The notes beneath the pieces are model-generated. The model searched no databases, had not been told where the DNA came from, and saw only the letters and a list, made by a program, of their open reading frames with translations. Source: an uncultured Acidobacteriota bacterium (GTDB taxonomy: Bacteria; Actinomycetota; Acidimicrobiia; Spongiisociales; ZC4RG35). From it: DNA of 64,000 nucleotides. The stretch lies in NCBI GenBank assembly GCA_963828465.1, contig CAWHEU010000025.1, forward strand, positions 64,001-128,000, in the 5' to 3' direction. A program made the translations under genes and the position numbers. Every line of letters starts with the position of its first letter. The first letter of the stretch is position 1. Below, in pieces: positions 10,738 through 21,630 of the stretch.

Positions 10738-10941
10738 GGCCGGGAACCTACTCCCGACTGCCAGGCCTCAGCTCAGAGTTCGTCCCACCAGATGGCGGCG
10801 ATGGCGTAGCCCCCGACCAGGATCATCAGCACCGCAGCGGCCCCCGCCACCAGATTCGTAGCCAGCTCCATGACGGCATCTTGCCGGACGACCCTGACAG
10901 ATTCCATAAGGCGAGCGGCCTGTTGAGGCCAGAAGGCAGGT

Positions 10942-11169
10942 CTAGCGGTAGCGCCAGACGATGCGACCCCGGGTGGGGTCGTAGGTCGACACTTCGACGT
11001 CGACGGTGTCACCAGGGAGGACCCGGATGCCACGCCCCCGACGCATCCGCCCGGAGGGCTTGGCGAGGAGCTCGAGACCGCCCTCCAACTGCACCTCGAA
11101 GGTCGAGTCGGGCAGCATCTTGAGCACCGTGCCCCTCATCCGTATGTATTCGTCTTCGTCTTTCGCCAT
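10942..11169 (-). CDS. infA: Translation initiation factor IF-1
   Basis: GTVLKMLPDSTFEVQLE..SGRMR..IRVLPGDTVDVEVSTYDPTRGRIVWR. Confidence 0.92.
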   Translation of the reverse strand: MAKDEDEYIRMRGTVLKMLPDSTFEVQLEGGLELLAKPSGRMRRGRGIRVLPGDTVDVEVSTYDPTRGRIVWRYR

Positions 11170-11226
11170 GTGCTTCCTGAAGGAGGAGGCCAGTGTAGGA
11201 GAGCGCCCGGTCCTGTCGGGAATGCG

Positions 11227-11634
11227 TCAGGCCGCGGCGAGCCGAAGACTGGACACAGCAGCGATCCGTTCGAAGTGTTTGTCGGCGGTCAGAAGGGGAA
11301 CCTTCTTTCCGATGGCGACGGCAGCAATGACCAGGTCGTTGGTGTTGGCCGGGTGGAAGCCATCGCTACGGCAGCGTGTGTAGAGCTCGGCGGCGATCTC
11401 GTAGTCGAATAGGGGCCGTGTCGGGAGCATCGAGCAGCGATTCATGAGACCCCAGATCCGGCTTCTGTGGTCCGATATACCTGCGCCGCAGAGGAGCTCC
11501 ATGATCACGACGTCAGTAGTGGCCAGCCTCTCATCCGCGTCGATCATCGATCGCACTCGTACATTGACGTCAGACCCGGTGCTCCTCAGGAACTCGACCC
11601 AAGCGGAAGTGTCGACCAGGGTGGTCAATCCCAC
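11227..11634 (-). CDS. vapC: VapC PIN-domain toxin
   Basis: LVDTSAWVEF, ELL.G, DLVIAAVA, LLTADKHF. Confidence 0.9.
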   Translation of the reverse strand: MGLTTLVDTSAWVEFLRSTGSDVNVRVRSMIDADERLATTDVVIMELLCGAGISDHRSRIWGLMNRCSMLPTRPLFDYEIAAELYTRCRSDGFHPANTNDLVIAAVAIGKKVPLLTADKHFERIAAVSSLRLAAA

Positions 11635-11840
11635 TCCTCGATGATCACCTTGCCGCGGATTTCATCCAGGTCTCCGTCCCAGCCCGATCCCTCCATCGCC
11701 AACGCTTGCTCTCTGGTCATGACCCCACCGACCAGTCGTTCCAGGGCCAGCTGCACCACCTCACGTTTTGTCTTCAGCCCATAGCGACGCATCGCCATCT
11801 CGACCAGTGTGTCGTCGAGCTCGATGTTGGTCCTGCTCAT
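11625..11840 (-). CDS. vapB: VapB antitoxin
   Basis: MSRTNIELDDTL..AMRRYGLKTKREVV..AL; overlaps vapC. Confidence 0.88.
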   Translation of the reverse strand: MSRTNIELDDTLVEMAMRRYGLKTKREVVQLALERLVGGVMTREQALAMEGSGWDGDLDEIRGKVIIEEWD

Positions 11841-11871
11841 CTACACCAGCATACACCAAGAGGTGTATCCG

Positions 11872-14784
11872 CTATCCGGTCGGGACCCGTCTCCCTGCCT
11901 CGACGGCATCGGCGATGATCGCCTGGGCCTCGCTGAGCAGGCGCTCGGCCTCGTCGACCCAGCGCTGATATTCGGCGAGATCACCGGCCGTCAAGGCTTG
12001 GTCGGCCGCCGCAAACGCAGCCGCCGCCTGGTCTAACAACTCCTCGACCGTGCCCCCGTCCGGGGTGGGCTCCGTCGGTTCGGATGGCTCGGTCGGGTCA
12101 TCGCCTTCCCCGAACACGAGATCCAACGCGCCGTCGAGGGTCTCCGACCATTCGACCTGGTCGCGATACACCACGATCACCCGTCGGAACTCGGGGATGC
12201 CTCCGCCTTCAGCCTCGAGAAAGATCGGCTGGATATACAGAATCGAGTCCTCGATCGGAACCACGAGCAGATCGCCCTTGATGACCACCGAGCCCTGGTT
12301 GTCCCACAGGGTGAACTGCGATGAGATGTCGGCATCCTGGTCGATGCGCTGACCGACCTGCTCGGTCCCGTCGACTAGTTCACCCTGGGGCATCCGGTAG
12401 TCGATCAGCCGCCCGTACCGGCCCGGGGTGGAGTCGGCGACCAGGAACGCCGACATGTTTCGTCGGTCGCCAGGGGTGAACGGCTGGAGGAGCAGGTAAG
12501 AGAGGTCGTCCTCACCGGGCAGCTTGGTCAGCAGGTAGTAAGGCAGGATCTCCGCCCTGTAGGCATATTGGCCAGTGGTCTGGTCGAGAGAGTCGCCGAA
12601 CAGGAGCCCGGCCCCGAGGGAAGCCGGGTCACGATCGATGGTGGCCGGGTCCTTCGGCAGTGACCAAGCGTCGTTTCCGCTGAAGAGCTCGTTGGGATCG
12701 GTGACGTGATATTCGAGGTAGAGCTGGCCTTGGACCCGGAACAGATCCTGCGGGTAGCGGAGATGCTCGACCAGGCTCTCCGGCATCTCGCTGAACGGCG
12801 TGAACAGCTCGGGATAGGCATGTGACCAGGCGCGGGCTATGGGGTCGTCGGGATCGACCAGATAGAGAGTGACATGGCCGTCGTAGGCGTCGACCACCGC
12901 CTTCACGGAGTTGCGCATGTAGTTGATGCCGGGGCGGAGGTCGGAGGATCGGGCCAGCCGCCCGATGGCATCGGGCTCCAGCGGCTGGGAGTACGGATAC
13001 TTGGAAGAAGTCGTGTAGAGGTCGACCACCCACAGGATCTCGCCGTTCTCGATCACGGGATAGGGGTCATCGTCGAGATGGAGGAAGGGGGCAACGCTCT
13101 CGACGATGTGGCTCACATTTCGCTCGACGAGCACTCGGCTGTCGGGGCGGACCTCGCCCGAGATGAGGAGGTTGAGGTCGCGGTAGCGGAACGCAAACGC
13201 AATCCGCTTCCAGATGCTGTCGAGGGTGACTCCGGCCTCGCCCGCGTATTCGTTGTAGGCGGTTCCTTGCTCGTCCGCCAAAGGGAAGTCCACTTCCTGT
13301 GGCTCGTCGCCCGTTCGGACGATCACCGGCCGGCCCTCGTTATACGTCTCCCCGAAATAGACCCTGGGCTCGTCGAGCTCGAGGCCCTCGACTGCGGCTT
13401 GCGGCGGAACATCTTTCAGCAGGAAGTTGGGCTGCCCGTCCTCGGCCACCTGGTTGGCGACGTTGACCACTGCCCCGAAGCCGTGGGTGTAGAGGAGGCG
13501 CTGGTTCAGCCAGTCTTCACGGGGCAGATTCACTTCCTCGAGCTCGCGCACCGCCAGCATGACCTGGGTCGGTATCCCTTCATTGAGGTATCGATCCGTG
13601 TCGACCACCGACAGCGTGTAGTAGTTCCGAAGCTCCTGAAAGCTCTGATAGGTGCGAGGCAGCACGGACGGATCCCAGATGCGCAGGTTGTCGATCGTGA
13701 GTTGGTTGGCCTCGATGTCCGCGAATTCGAGATCGTCAGCCGCCGTGAAGCTCCGTACCTCGACTTCGTCCAGTCCCCACGCCTGGCGGGTGAACTGGAT
13801 GCTGTGCTCGATATATGGGCCTTCCCTGGCCTGAGGCTGGGGATTCACCTGGATGCGCTGGATGATGGCCGGATAGATGACGGCGGCTGCGATCGCAACT
13901 ACCAGCCAGGATCCCACAGCCACCAGGGCGAGACTCCATCCCGGTCGGAAGATGTTGACGATGAAGAGGACTGCCGCCAACAGGGCCACCAGGATGAGCA
14001 GGCGATATGCAGGCAAGCGGGCCGTTATGTCGGTGAACCCCGGCCCGAAGAACTGGTCCGACACCCGGTCAGAGAGCAAGAGCTCGTACATGTCGATGCG
14101 GTAGACGACGGCCCGGACCAGGGCGATGAGCGCCAGCATCACCGAGATGTGGGTCTTTGCCCGCCGAGTCGCTGTCAAGCGCCGCCCGCTCAGACGCAGA
14201 CCACCGTTGAAATAGTGCCCGATGACCGTCACCACGGTCGCCAGCACGAGGAGGTTGAACACCCAGTCGGTGAGTGTCTCGATCAATGGCAGACGGAATA
14301 TGTAGAAACCGACGTCGAGGGAGAAGATCGGATCGAGAGTCCCGAAATCCTGGGCGTTGATGAAGAGAAAGACGTCGTCGCGCCAGGACGCCACAGTCAA
14401 GCCGAAGAGGACGGCGAGACCACCGGTCAGCCAGAATCGGATCTGGCGGATCCGCGGCTCGACCCACTCCCGGAATCGCTCGATCATCTCCTCTTCTTCG
14501 GTCAGATCGAAGGGAGCCCAGCGAGGAGACATGCGATCGACCAGCCGGAGGCTCACCCATAGGACCAGGAAGGCCAGTGCGATGCCGAGGGCGCCAAGAA
14601 GGATCGAAAGGCCCCATCGACGCTGCCACACCCCATCGAAGCCAATCGAGTCGAGCCACAGATAGTCGGTCCAGAGTGTTCCCAGTGCGGTCAGGGCGAG
14701 ATAGAGCGCCGCGACGGCAATCAGGATCAGAGTGATAGGCCGCCGTCTGTCCGACCGGTAGTCGGATGGAACCCTCGTGAACAT
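11872..14784 (-). CDS. UPF0182 family membrane protein
   Basis: WTDYLW, DPIF..DVGFY, NLRIWDP, YTHGFG, NYMRNSVK, LRYPQDLF. Confidence 0.92.
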   Translation of the reverse strand: MFTRVPSDYRSDRRRPITLILIAVAALYLALTALGTLWTDYLWLDSIGFDGVWQRRWGLSILLGALGIALAFLVLWVSLRLVDRMSPRWAPFDLTEEEEMIERFREWVEPRIRQIRFWLTGGLAVLFGLTVASWRDDVFLFINAQDFGTLDPIFSLDVGFYIFRLPLIETLTDWVFNLLVLATVVTVIGHYFNGGLRLSGRRLTATRRAKTHISVMLALIALVRAVVYRIDMYELLLSDRVSDQFFGPGFTDITARLPAYRLLILVALLAAVLFIVNIFRPGWSLALVAVGSWLVVAIAAAVIYPAIIQRIQVNPQPQAREGPYIEHSIQFTRQAWGLDEVEVRSFTAADDLEFADIEANQLTIDNLRIWDPSVLPRTYQSFQELRNYYTLSVVDTDRYLNEGIPTQVMLAVRELEEVNLPREDWLNQRLLYTHGFGAVVNVANQVAEDGQPNFLLKDVPPQAAVEGLELDEPRVYFGETYNEGRPVIVRTGDEPQEVDFPLADEQGTAYNEYAGEAGVTLDSIWKRIAFAFRYRDLNLLISGEVRPDSRVLVERNVSHIVESVAPFLHLDDDPYPVIENGEILWVVDLYTTSSKYPYSQPLEPDAIGRLARSSDLRPGINYMRNSVKAVVDAYDGHVTLYLVDPDDPIARAWSHAYPELFTPFSEMPESLVEHLRYPQDLFRVQGQLYLEYHVTDPNELFSGNDAWSLPKDPATIDRDPASLGAGLLFGDSLDQTTGQYAYRAEILPYYLLTKLPGEDDLSYLLLQPFTPGDRRNMSAFLVADSTPGRYGRLIDYRMPQGELVDGTEQVGQRIDQDADISSQFTLWDNQGSVVIKGDLLVVPIEDSILYIQPIFLEAEGGGIPEFRRVIVVYRDQVEWSETLDGALDLVFGEGDDPTEPSEPTEPTPDGGTVEELLDQAAAAFAAADQALTAGDLAEYQRWVDEAERLLSEAQAIIADAVEAGRRVPTG

Positions 14785-14834
14785 TGGCCGTGAGGGTAAC
14801 GGTTCGGCTGTGCTTGTTTCTTCGGCGCTTCCGG

Positions 14835-16623
14835 CTATGCGCCGGCGAGCACCAGCGTGCATTCGCACCCGGCATGCACCGGCGGCAGGTGCGATTCGGG
14901 CTCAGCTGCGGCCCCGCGACATGCGCTGCACGGTGTGCCGCTTGCCACCCACTCCAGACCGTTGTCATCCTCCACGGAATCGACCAGTCCGCGGTGATAC
15001 CCGACAAGGGCGAGTTGGCGCACTCTGCGCTCCGCCTCATCGGTGCGCCAGCCCCTGAATACCCTCGATGTCGCCGATTGCTTCTCGCGCTGGCCGTCTC
15101 CGGCGTCGATCAGCGCAGAGGAGACCGCCCCGGCTAGATCGTCACCAAAGGTCTCCGCGGCACTGGAGGGGGGAGTCTCTTTCCGTTTCAACTTGGAGCC
15201 GGTCATCTCTTCGGCCGCCGCGTGACCGGCCGAATAGCTCTCCGCCCAGAGACCCTTGAGGTCGGCCTGCATCATCTCGGCCAGCACCAGGCTCTCAGGG
15301 TGCCAGGTGTCGTCGAGACGCAAGCTGTCGAGGGCGACGTTCTGGGCATCCGTGACCGCCTTCTTCACGCCACGTAGTGCCCGGTTGGTGATCGGTAGAA
15401 GCCGGGCGTCCCGTTCCTCGATGACCTCGTTGTGTGGAGCTGTCACCGCTGGCTCGGGCGCTTCTGCCTCGACTTGGTCGACCTCGGGCCTGGCGGCGGT
15501 ATGAACCGTGATCGTCGCGCCCGGGGAGCCCCGTAGTGAGGCAAAGAGTGCACCCACATCGTCGGGGCCGGGCTGCGGTTCGGGCTCGCGTTTTGGTTCC
15601 TTCCTCGCAACGACCGGCTCCGGCTCGTCGACCTCCTCCGGGGTTGGCTCCGGCTCTGGTGGTGGTGCCTCCTCGAATTCCGGCTCCTCGAAGAGATCTT
15701 CTCGAGGCTCCTCGGTCACCTCTCTAGGCGGGGGTAGGGGCCGCTCCGGGGCAGGACTCGTTGGTTTGCTCCCCGGTCTCTCGGATGGAGGGATGATTCG
15801 CACCGTCTCCCCCAGCTGCCATATCTCCTCGTCGGGCTCGGTTCGGGCAGGAACGACCCTGACACTCGACGACTCCGCCGAGAGATCCAGGTCCTCGCGC
15901 CGCTCCTCGAGACTCCCTTCGAGACGGCTCAGGGTCGAGCGCACCGTCTCTAGCTCGAGCATCAATTCTTCGCGCCGCTCCTCGAGGGCTCTGGTCCGCT
16001 CTTGGGCGCTCTCGGACTGACGGTAGGCCTGCTCGATCAGGTCGTCGTGACGTTTCTTCGCCTCCGAGCCCAGCTTCTCCGAATCCATCATCGCGGACCG
16101 GACAACGTCCTCGGCCTCGCGTCGAGCAGTCGAGGTCAGACGATGAGCCTCTCGCTCCGCTTCCCCCATTACGGACAACACGTCCTGTTCGGCTTCGCCG
16201 CGAATGCGACGCGCCCTCTGCCGCGCTCTGATTGAGCAACTCGGTGCCCGTGGTCCATGCGTCACCTCGAAGCGCCTCGGCATCGCTCCTGGCTTCCTTC
16301 CGCATTGCCTCGACCTCGGTCATCGCCTCAGACCGCCATCGTGCGGCGTCCATAGTGGCCCGCTCCCTCATCGAGTCAGCGGCCTCCTTGGACGCCTGCA
16401 GCACCGCGGCCACCTCGCGACCAAGGCTCTCGAATTCGGATTCCAGGTCCCGGTCGGCGTACTCGCCCAGCTTGGTCGCGAGGCGCTCCCGTTCTTTCTC
16501 CAGCTCGTCCAGATCGGCGGCGACGCGCTCGAGAAACCCGGAAATCTCATCCGGGTCCAAGCCACGCCTGACGGTACGGAACTCCGCCCGCCGGATGTCG
16601 TCGGGGGTGATGTCAGAAGCCAT
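14835..16623 (-). CDS. DivIVA-domain coiled-coil protein; frameshift ~16220
   Basis: ITPDDIRRAEFRTVRRGLDPDEISGFL N-terminus; the coiled coil continues in the second ORF. Confidence 0.75.
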
Positions 16624-16674
16624 CGGCTCTAGAAGATACCGATCGGGCAGGATTTCGCCCGGGTTTGGGCTCGG

Positions 16675-17691
16675 TCAGGCCTGGTCCAGGTCCTCGAAGA
16701 AGTCGATGGCATCCTGCAATGTGGCTATGGACACGATCTCGATGGACTCCCGGGGTGCGGTCAGAGCCGATTCGTAGTTGTCCGCCGGGACCAGGATGTA
16801 CTCCGCGCCGGCTGCCTCCGCACCCACGACCTTCTGACGAATTCCGCCGATGGGCCCCACGGCGCCGTCGTACGCGATCGTTCCCGTCCCGGCCACGATG
16901 TGTCCGTTCGTCATCTCGCCGGGCGTCAGCGTGTCGATGATGGCCAGGGCGTGCATCATCCCGGCCGACGGTCCGCCCACGTCTCCAGCTTCGATCGTCA
17001 GCGGAAACGGTGGCTCGCTCAGCTCGCCAACCGTTATCCCGATCATGGCCCCGCCTTCGGGATCGTCCCGCTCGGCGAGCTCCACCTGAACAGTCTGGGG
17101 GTCCCCGTCGCGGGTGACACCGACGTCGATCACGTCGCCCGGCTCGAGCCCTTCGAGAAGTTCGGTGAGATCGGTGCTTCGCACGATCTCGGTGCCGTTG
17201 AACGAATCGACGGAGTCGCCGATCTCGAGCACGTCGGCAGCCGGGATGTCGGGGACGAGGTCGGTGATCAGGACATCGGTGGGGACCATCTCATACCCGA
17301 GATGTTCCAGCGCCACCGTGATGGCCCGCGTCTGGGAGTCGTCCATCTGCTGGAGCACCCGCTTGCGGTAGTCCTCATCGGTCTCGTCGGGCTGGCGGAA
17401 GGCTTCCTTGGGCACGAGGTCGATCGTCGGGTCGAACCCGGCGATCATGGCCTCGAACAGGTTGACCTCCTGGCTGACCACCGTGAGCATCAGGAGCTCT
17501 CCCTCGGGAGGAAAAGTGTCGACCTCGTCGGCGACGATGGCGTCGGCGGCATCGGACACCGGGCCGGACGAAAAGGCCAGGTAGGGCAGCTCCAGGTTCC
17601 AAATGCCCAAGACGAGAGCGCCCACGAGGAAGAGGGCCCCCACCAGGTAGAGGGGCCAGATAGATCCACGTTGGGTCTGGTCTTGCATCAT
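16675..17691 (-). CDS. PDZ-domain Lon-like (S16/YlbL) protease
   Basis: TM, PDZ, GGPSAG (Ser) and GGIRQK (Lys) dyad. Confidence 0.9.
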   Translation of the reverse strand: MMQDQTQRGSIWPLYLVGALFLVGALVLGIWNLELPYLAFSSGPVSDAADAIVADEVDTFPPEGELLMLTVVSQEVNLFEAMIAGFDPTIDLVPKEAFRQPDETDEDYRKRVLQQMDDSQTRAITVALEHLGYEMVPTDVLITDLVPDIPAADVLEIGDSVDSFNGTEIVRSTDLTELLEGLEPGDVIDVGVTRDGDPQTVQVELAERDDPEGGAMIGITVGELSEPPFPLTIEAGDVGGPSAGMMHALAIIDTLTPGEMTNGHIVAGTGTIAYDGAVGPIGGIRQKVVGAEAAGAEYILVPADNYESALTAPRESIEIVSIATLQDAIDFFEDLDQA

Positions 17692-17767
17692 GAAAGGGTA
17701 ACGGTGGGCCGCGAGGGGCAGTCCTAGCTCTTTAAGGTGGCAGACGTCGGGTTTGCAGGAGATAAAG

Positions 17768-18349
17768 ATGACATCGGCAGTCCTTGTCCAACGGGTTGTC
17801 CCCCGGTCGCGTGTCAACTCGGTGCTGCTCGTCATCGGCGCCGCAGCATTGACCGCACTGGCCGCCCGGTGGGAGATCCACTTGCCGTTCACCCCCGTCC
17901 CGGTGACGGGTCAGACCTTCGCCGTCCTCCTCACTGGCGCTGCGCTCGGCATGACTCTCGGGGCTGCGGGGCAGGCCGTCTATGTCGTCGCAGGGGCCTT
18001 AGGCCTACCGGTATACGCGGGAGGAGCGAGTGGCTGGGACACGGCCAGCGCACAGGGCAGCGCCGGATATCTGATCGGCTTCATCTTCGCCGCGGGTTTG
18101 GTCGGCTTCATGGCGGAACGTCGTCAAGACCGGACCTTTCCCACGATGTTCACGGCATTCATCGCCGGGTCGTTCATCATCTACGCCTTCGGCGTGGCCG
18201 GGCTGATGATCCTCCTCGACATGACGTTCACGGAGGCCGTCGTCGCCGGCGTCGTCCCCTTTGTCCTCGGTGACATCATCAAGGCCGCTGCCGCCGGCCT
18301 CCTCCTCCCCGGCGCCTGGAAGTTGTTAGGCGAGTACCCGAGGCCGTAG
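17768..18349 (+). CDS. bioY: Biotin transporter BioY
   Basis: PVPVTGQTFAV, GLPVYAGG, GYLIGF, PFVLGDIIK. Confidence 0.92.
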   Translation: MTSAVLVQRVVPRSRVNSVLLVIGAAALTALAARWEIHLPFTPVPVTGQTFAVLLTGAALGMTLGAAGQAVYVVAGALGLPVYAGGASGWDTASAQGSAGYLIGFIFAAGLVGFMAERRQDRTFPTMFTAFIAGSFIIYAFGVAGLMILLDMTFTEAVVAGVVPFVLGDIIKAAAAGLLLPGAWKLLGEYPRP

Positions 18350-18354
18350 CCGCC

Positions 18355-19278
18355 TTATGCGGTCTCCACCTCTTCGCCCAGGTAGGCCTTGACCACGTTG
18401 GGGTTCTTTTGCACCGACGAGGGAGTGCCTTCGGCGATGGGCTTGCCGAAGTCGACGACGAGGATGCGGTCGGCGATGTCCATCACCAGGCCCATGTCGT
18501 GCTCGACGAGGATGATGGCGATGCCGAGCTCGTCCTGAACATCGAGGATGAACCGCGCCATGTCCTCGGTCTCCTCCAGATTCATCCCGGCCACCGGCTC
18601 GTCGAGCATCAGCAGCTCGGGGTCCATGGCCAGGGCCCGACCCAGCTCGACCCGCTTCTGGATCCCGTAGGGCAACAGGCCGACCGGGTACTTCCGCCAT
18701 TGCTCGATCTCGAGGAAATCGATGATGTCCTCGACGATTTCGCGGTTCTCGATCTCCTCCCGCTTGGCCTTCCCCAGCCAGACGCTCCCGGCCAGCCATG
18801 AGCTCCGCATGCGGACATGGCGTCCGGTCAACAGGTTCTCGATGACTGTCATATGGGGAAAGAGAGCGATGTTCTGAAATGTCCGGGCGATGCCACGTTC
18901 GGCCGTCTCGTTGGGCTTGAGCCCCATGAGACTCTCCCCCTTCCACCGCACGTCTCCCTGCTGAGGCTCGTAAACCTGGTTCACAACGTTGAACAGCGAG
19001 GTCTTACCTGCGCCGTTGGGCCCGATGATGGCGAACAGCTCGCCGTCATCGACGTGGAACGACACCCCGGCGATGGCCTTGACCCCCTTGAAGGCCAGGT
19101 GGATATCCGTCACATCGAGCAGATGGTCATAGTCCTTAGGCCCGGAACGCTCCGCCCGACGCTCCAAGAGTTTGCCGCTCATGGCAAGAGCCTTGCTGCG
19201 GACGGCGTCCGCCGACGGCGTCTGTACTGGCCGGAGATGAGGCTCGTTTGGTCCGACTTCGATGTGTGTCCGATCCAA
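18355..19278 (-). CDS. LivG-like ABC ATP-binding protein; start uncertain
   Basis: GPNGAGKT, ARTFQN, LPYGIQKRVE, LDEP. Confidence 0.9.
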   Translation of the reverse strand: MDRTHIEVGPNEPHLRPVQTPSADAVRSKALAMSGKLLERRAERSGPKDYDHLLDVTDIHLAFKGVKAIAGVSFHVDDGELFAIIGPNGAGKTSLFNVVNQVYEPQQGDVRWKGESLMGLKPNETAERGIARTFQNIALFPHMTVIENLLTGRHVRMRSSWLAGSVWLGKAKREEIENREIVEDIIDFLEIEQWRKYPVGLLPYGIQKRVELGRALAMDPELLMLDEPVAGMNLEETEDMARFILDVQDELGIAIILVEHDMGLVMDIADRILVVDFGKPIAEGTPSSVQKNPNVVKAYLGEEVETA

Positions 19279-19336
19279 ATACGCAGGTACCAGGTGTCAC
19301 GGAGTACCGGACGGGCAAGTCAGCCCGCAATCAGAG

Positions 19337-20128
19337 TCACGACAGCCATCTCTTCCTGCGCTTGTAATGCTTCACGTCGCGGAACGACTTCTGCTCCCCT
19401 GTGGTGTGCAGCCCCAGGTAGAACTCCTTGACATCCTCGTCCTTGAGGAGTTTGCCGGGGTCGCCATCCATAACCATCTTCCCGGTCTCCATGATGTAGC
19501 CGTAGTCGGCAATGGAGAGCGCCATGTTGGCGTTTTGCTCGATCAGTAGGACCGCCGTCCCTTGAGAGTTGATCTCGACGATGATGTCCCGGACTTCCTG
19601 GACGAGGAGCGGGGCCAGGCCCAGAGAAGGCTCGTCGAGGATCAGAAGCTTCGGGTCCTGCATCAGCGCCCGGCCGATCGCCAGCATCTGTTGCTCGCCC
19701 CCCGACAGATAGCCGGCGGTGGCGTTGCGCCGGTCGGCCAGCTTCGGGAAAAGGGTCATGACCCGCTCACGCGCTTCCTTCACGAGGTTGGCGTCGCGAT
19801 TCGAGTACACGCCGGCGCGGAGATTGTCATCCACAGTCATCTCGGCGAAAACCCGTCTCCCCTCCATCACCTGGCTGATCCCCCGCCGCACCCGGGCGGC
19901 CGGGTCCTCCTCGGTGATGTCCGCTCCGTCGAAGGTGATCTCACCCTTGGTCACATCGCCCTCATGCATATCGAGCAGACCGGTGATCGCGCGAAGCGTC
20001 GTCGTCTTGCCGGCGCCGTTGGTGCCGAGCAGGGCGACGATCTTGCCGTCGGGAACCTCGAGGGAGATCCCGCGCAGAACCAGGACGACGTCGTTGTAGA
20101 CGACCTCGAGATTCTCTACCGCAAGCAA
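19337..20128 (-). CDS. LivF-like ABC ATP-binding protein
   Basis: GTNGAGKT, LSGGEQQM, LDEPSLGLAP. Confidence 0.92.
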   Translation of the reverse strand: MLAVENLEVVYNDVVLVLRGISLEVPDGKIVALLGTNGAGKTTTLRAITGLLDMHEGDVTKGEITFDGADITEEDPAARVRRGISQVMEGRRVFAEMTVDDNLRAGVYSNRDANLVKEARERVMTLFPKLADRRNATAGYLSGGEQQMLAIGRALMQDPKLLILDEPSLGLAPLLVQEVRDIIVEINSQGTAVLLIEQNANMALSIADYGYIMETGKMVMDGDPGKLLKDEDVKEFYLGLHTTGEQKSFRDVKHYKRRKRWLS

Positions 20129-20151
20129 TACGTTGACACCGGTCTCGAAGG

Positions 20152-20185
20152 GGTGATGGTGGCCCCAAGCGGGGCCACCATCACC
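20152..20185 (-). terminator. Perfect 15-bp hairpin after the substrate-binding gene (mRNA-stabilising or attenuating)
   Basis: GGTGATGGTGGCCCC-AAGC-GGGGCCACCATCACC. Confidence 0.7.
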
Positions 20186-20191
20186 ACCTGC

Positions 20192-21578
20192 TCAGCCGAG
20201 ACTGAAACAGGCCTCGTTGAACTCGAACGCCTCGGCAATGGGCGAGGTGTAGTTCGACTCCACCAGCGTGGACCCGGTAGACGTGCCGTCCGCCAGACCC
20301 GCCGGATCGGGACGTGAGATGAACTGCGCCCGCTGGACCCGCTCGTTGGGCTCACCGACGTAGGTCTCGTCGGGGGCGAGCCCGCCGAACGTGACCGACT
20401 CGAGGCTCTTGGCCGCGGCCAGCACCCCGGCCTGGGTCAGGTCTCCGGCGTCATAGGCGGTCTGCAACGCCTGGTGCAGGATCGTGGCCTCGATCACGCC
20501 CTCGGCGTAGTAGTCGAGTGGATCCGCCCCAGCGGCGGTCACAAGGTCGCGCACTGCCGCGTTGCCTTCGGACTCGGCGGCCCACGGTGCGTAGTACGCC
20601 GAGATGTAGAAGTCGTTCGACAGAGGCTCGGAGATCGCAGAATCCGGTGCCACCAGGGCCGGGTTCCACGTCGGGCCGGCGCCGGACCACAGAGCTCCGG
20701 AGAATCCGGCAGCAAGGGCCTGACCGTAGATCGACCCGAAGGGAGTCGGCGATGTGGTAACCCACACCAGCTCTGCTCCCGACGAGGCGATCCCACCCGC
20801 CACCTCGGTCAGCGTGGCCTCGTCCTGCCGCGTTGACCAAGCCGGTGCCGTCGTAGACCACCTCGAGCCCGAGAGCCTCCGCGGCCATGACAGCGCCTGC
20901 GTTCGAGTCTTCGCCGTAGTCGCCGGGACTCGATGCGATGGCGATCGTGGTCGCGTCCGGAGCCTGGAGCGTCAGGTACTCGATCATGTTCATGGCCTCG
21001 ATGCAATAGGGCACACCGTGGGGCACGAGATTGGAGTTGATCGCAGGGTCGGACCAACCCGAGTACCAGGTGAGGGGGATCGCCAGGATCCCGTCGGCCT
21101 GGAGCTGGGGGTTGATGGCCATGGTCTGTGGCGAACCAGTCGAATGGCCGAAGGCCACCACCTGCGTCTTGAGCTCCTCGTAGAGCTGGACATGCTGGGC
21201 GGGGTCATACGCGGTGTCGCGGGTCTGGATTTGCACCTCCATACCGCCTATCCCACCGTTTGCGTTGACGTCGGCCCAATACATCTCCTGACCGGCGACG
21301 ATGACCTGGACCAGCGGGGCGAATGGGCCGCTCAGATCGGACAGGAGCCCGATGGTGATCGTCCCCGCCTCGGGGTCGACTCCGACGTCGGTGGCCACTT
21401 CGCCCGCGCCCTCTTCGGCCGCGCTCGTGGTGGTCTCCTCTGCCGGGGCCGCGGTGGTCGTGGGCTCCTCCTCTGCGGCCGCGGTCGTGGTGGTGTCGCC
21501 ACCCCCGCCGTCACCACAGGCGGCGAGAATCAGACCGAGAACCAAGAGCAGAGCCAGCCACTGGGGCTTTCTTCTCAT
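20192..21578 (-). CDS. Liv-type ABC substrate-binding lipoprotein; frameshift ~20825
   Basis: LAAC lipobox, GLLSDLSGPFA, VNANGGI; continues in the 20192-20803 frame. Confidence 0.85.
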
Positions 21579-21630
21579 TCGTTCCTTCCTCCTCTGTTAC
21601 TTGTGAGGGCAGGAGCCCTCTCGTGACCGC

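Noticed and set aside
10773-10871. 32-aa hydrophobic ORF MELATNLVAG...WWDEL
   Set aside because: A plausible small membrane peptide, but with no clear RBS or family motif to support it.
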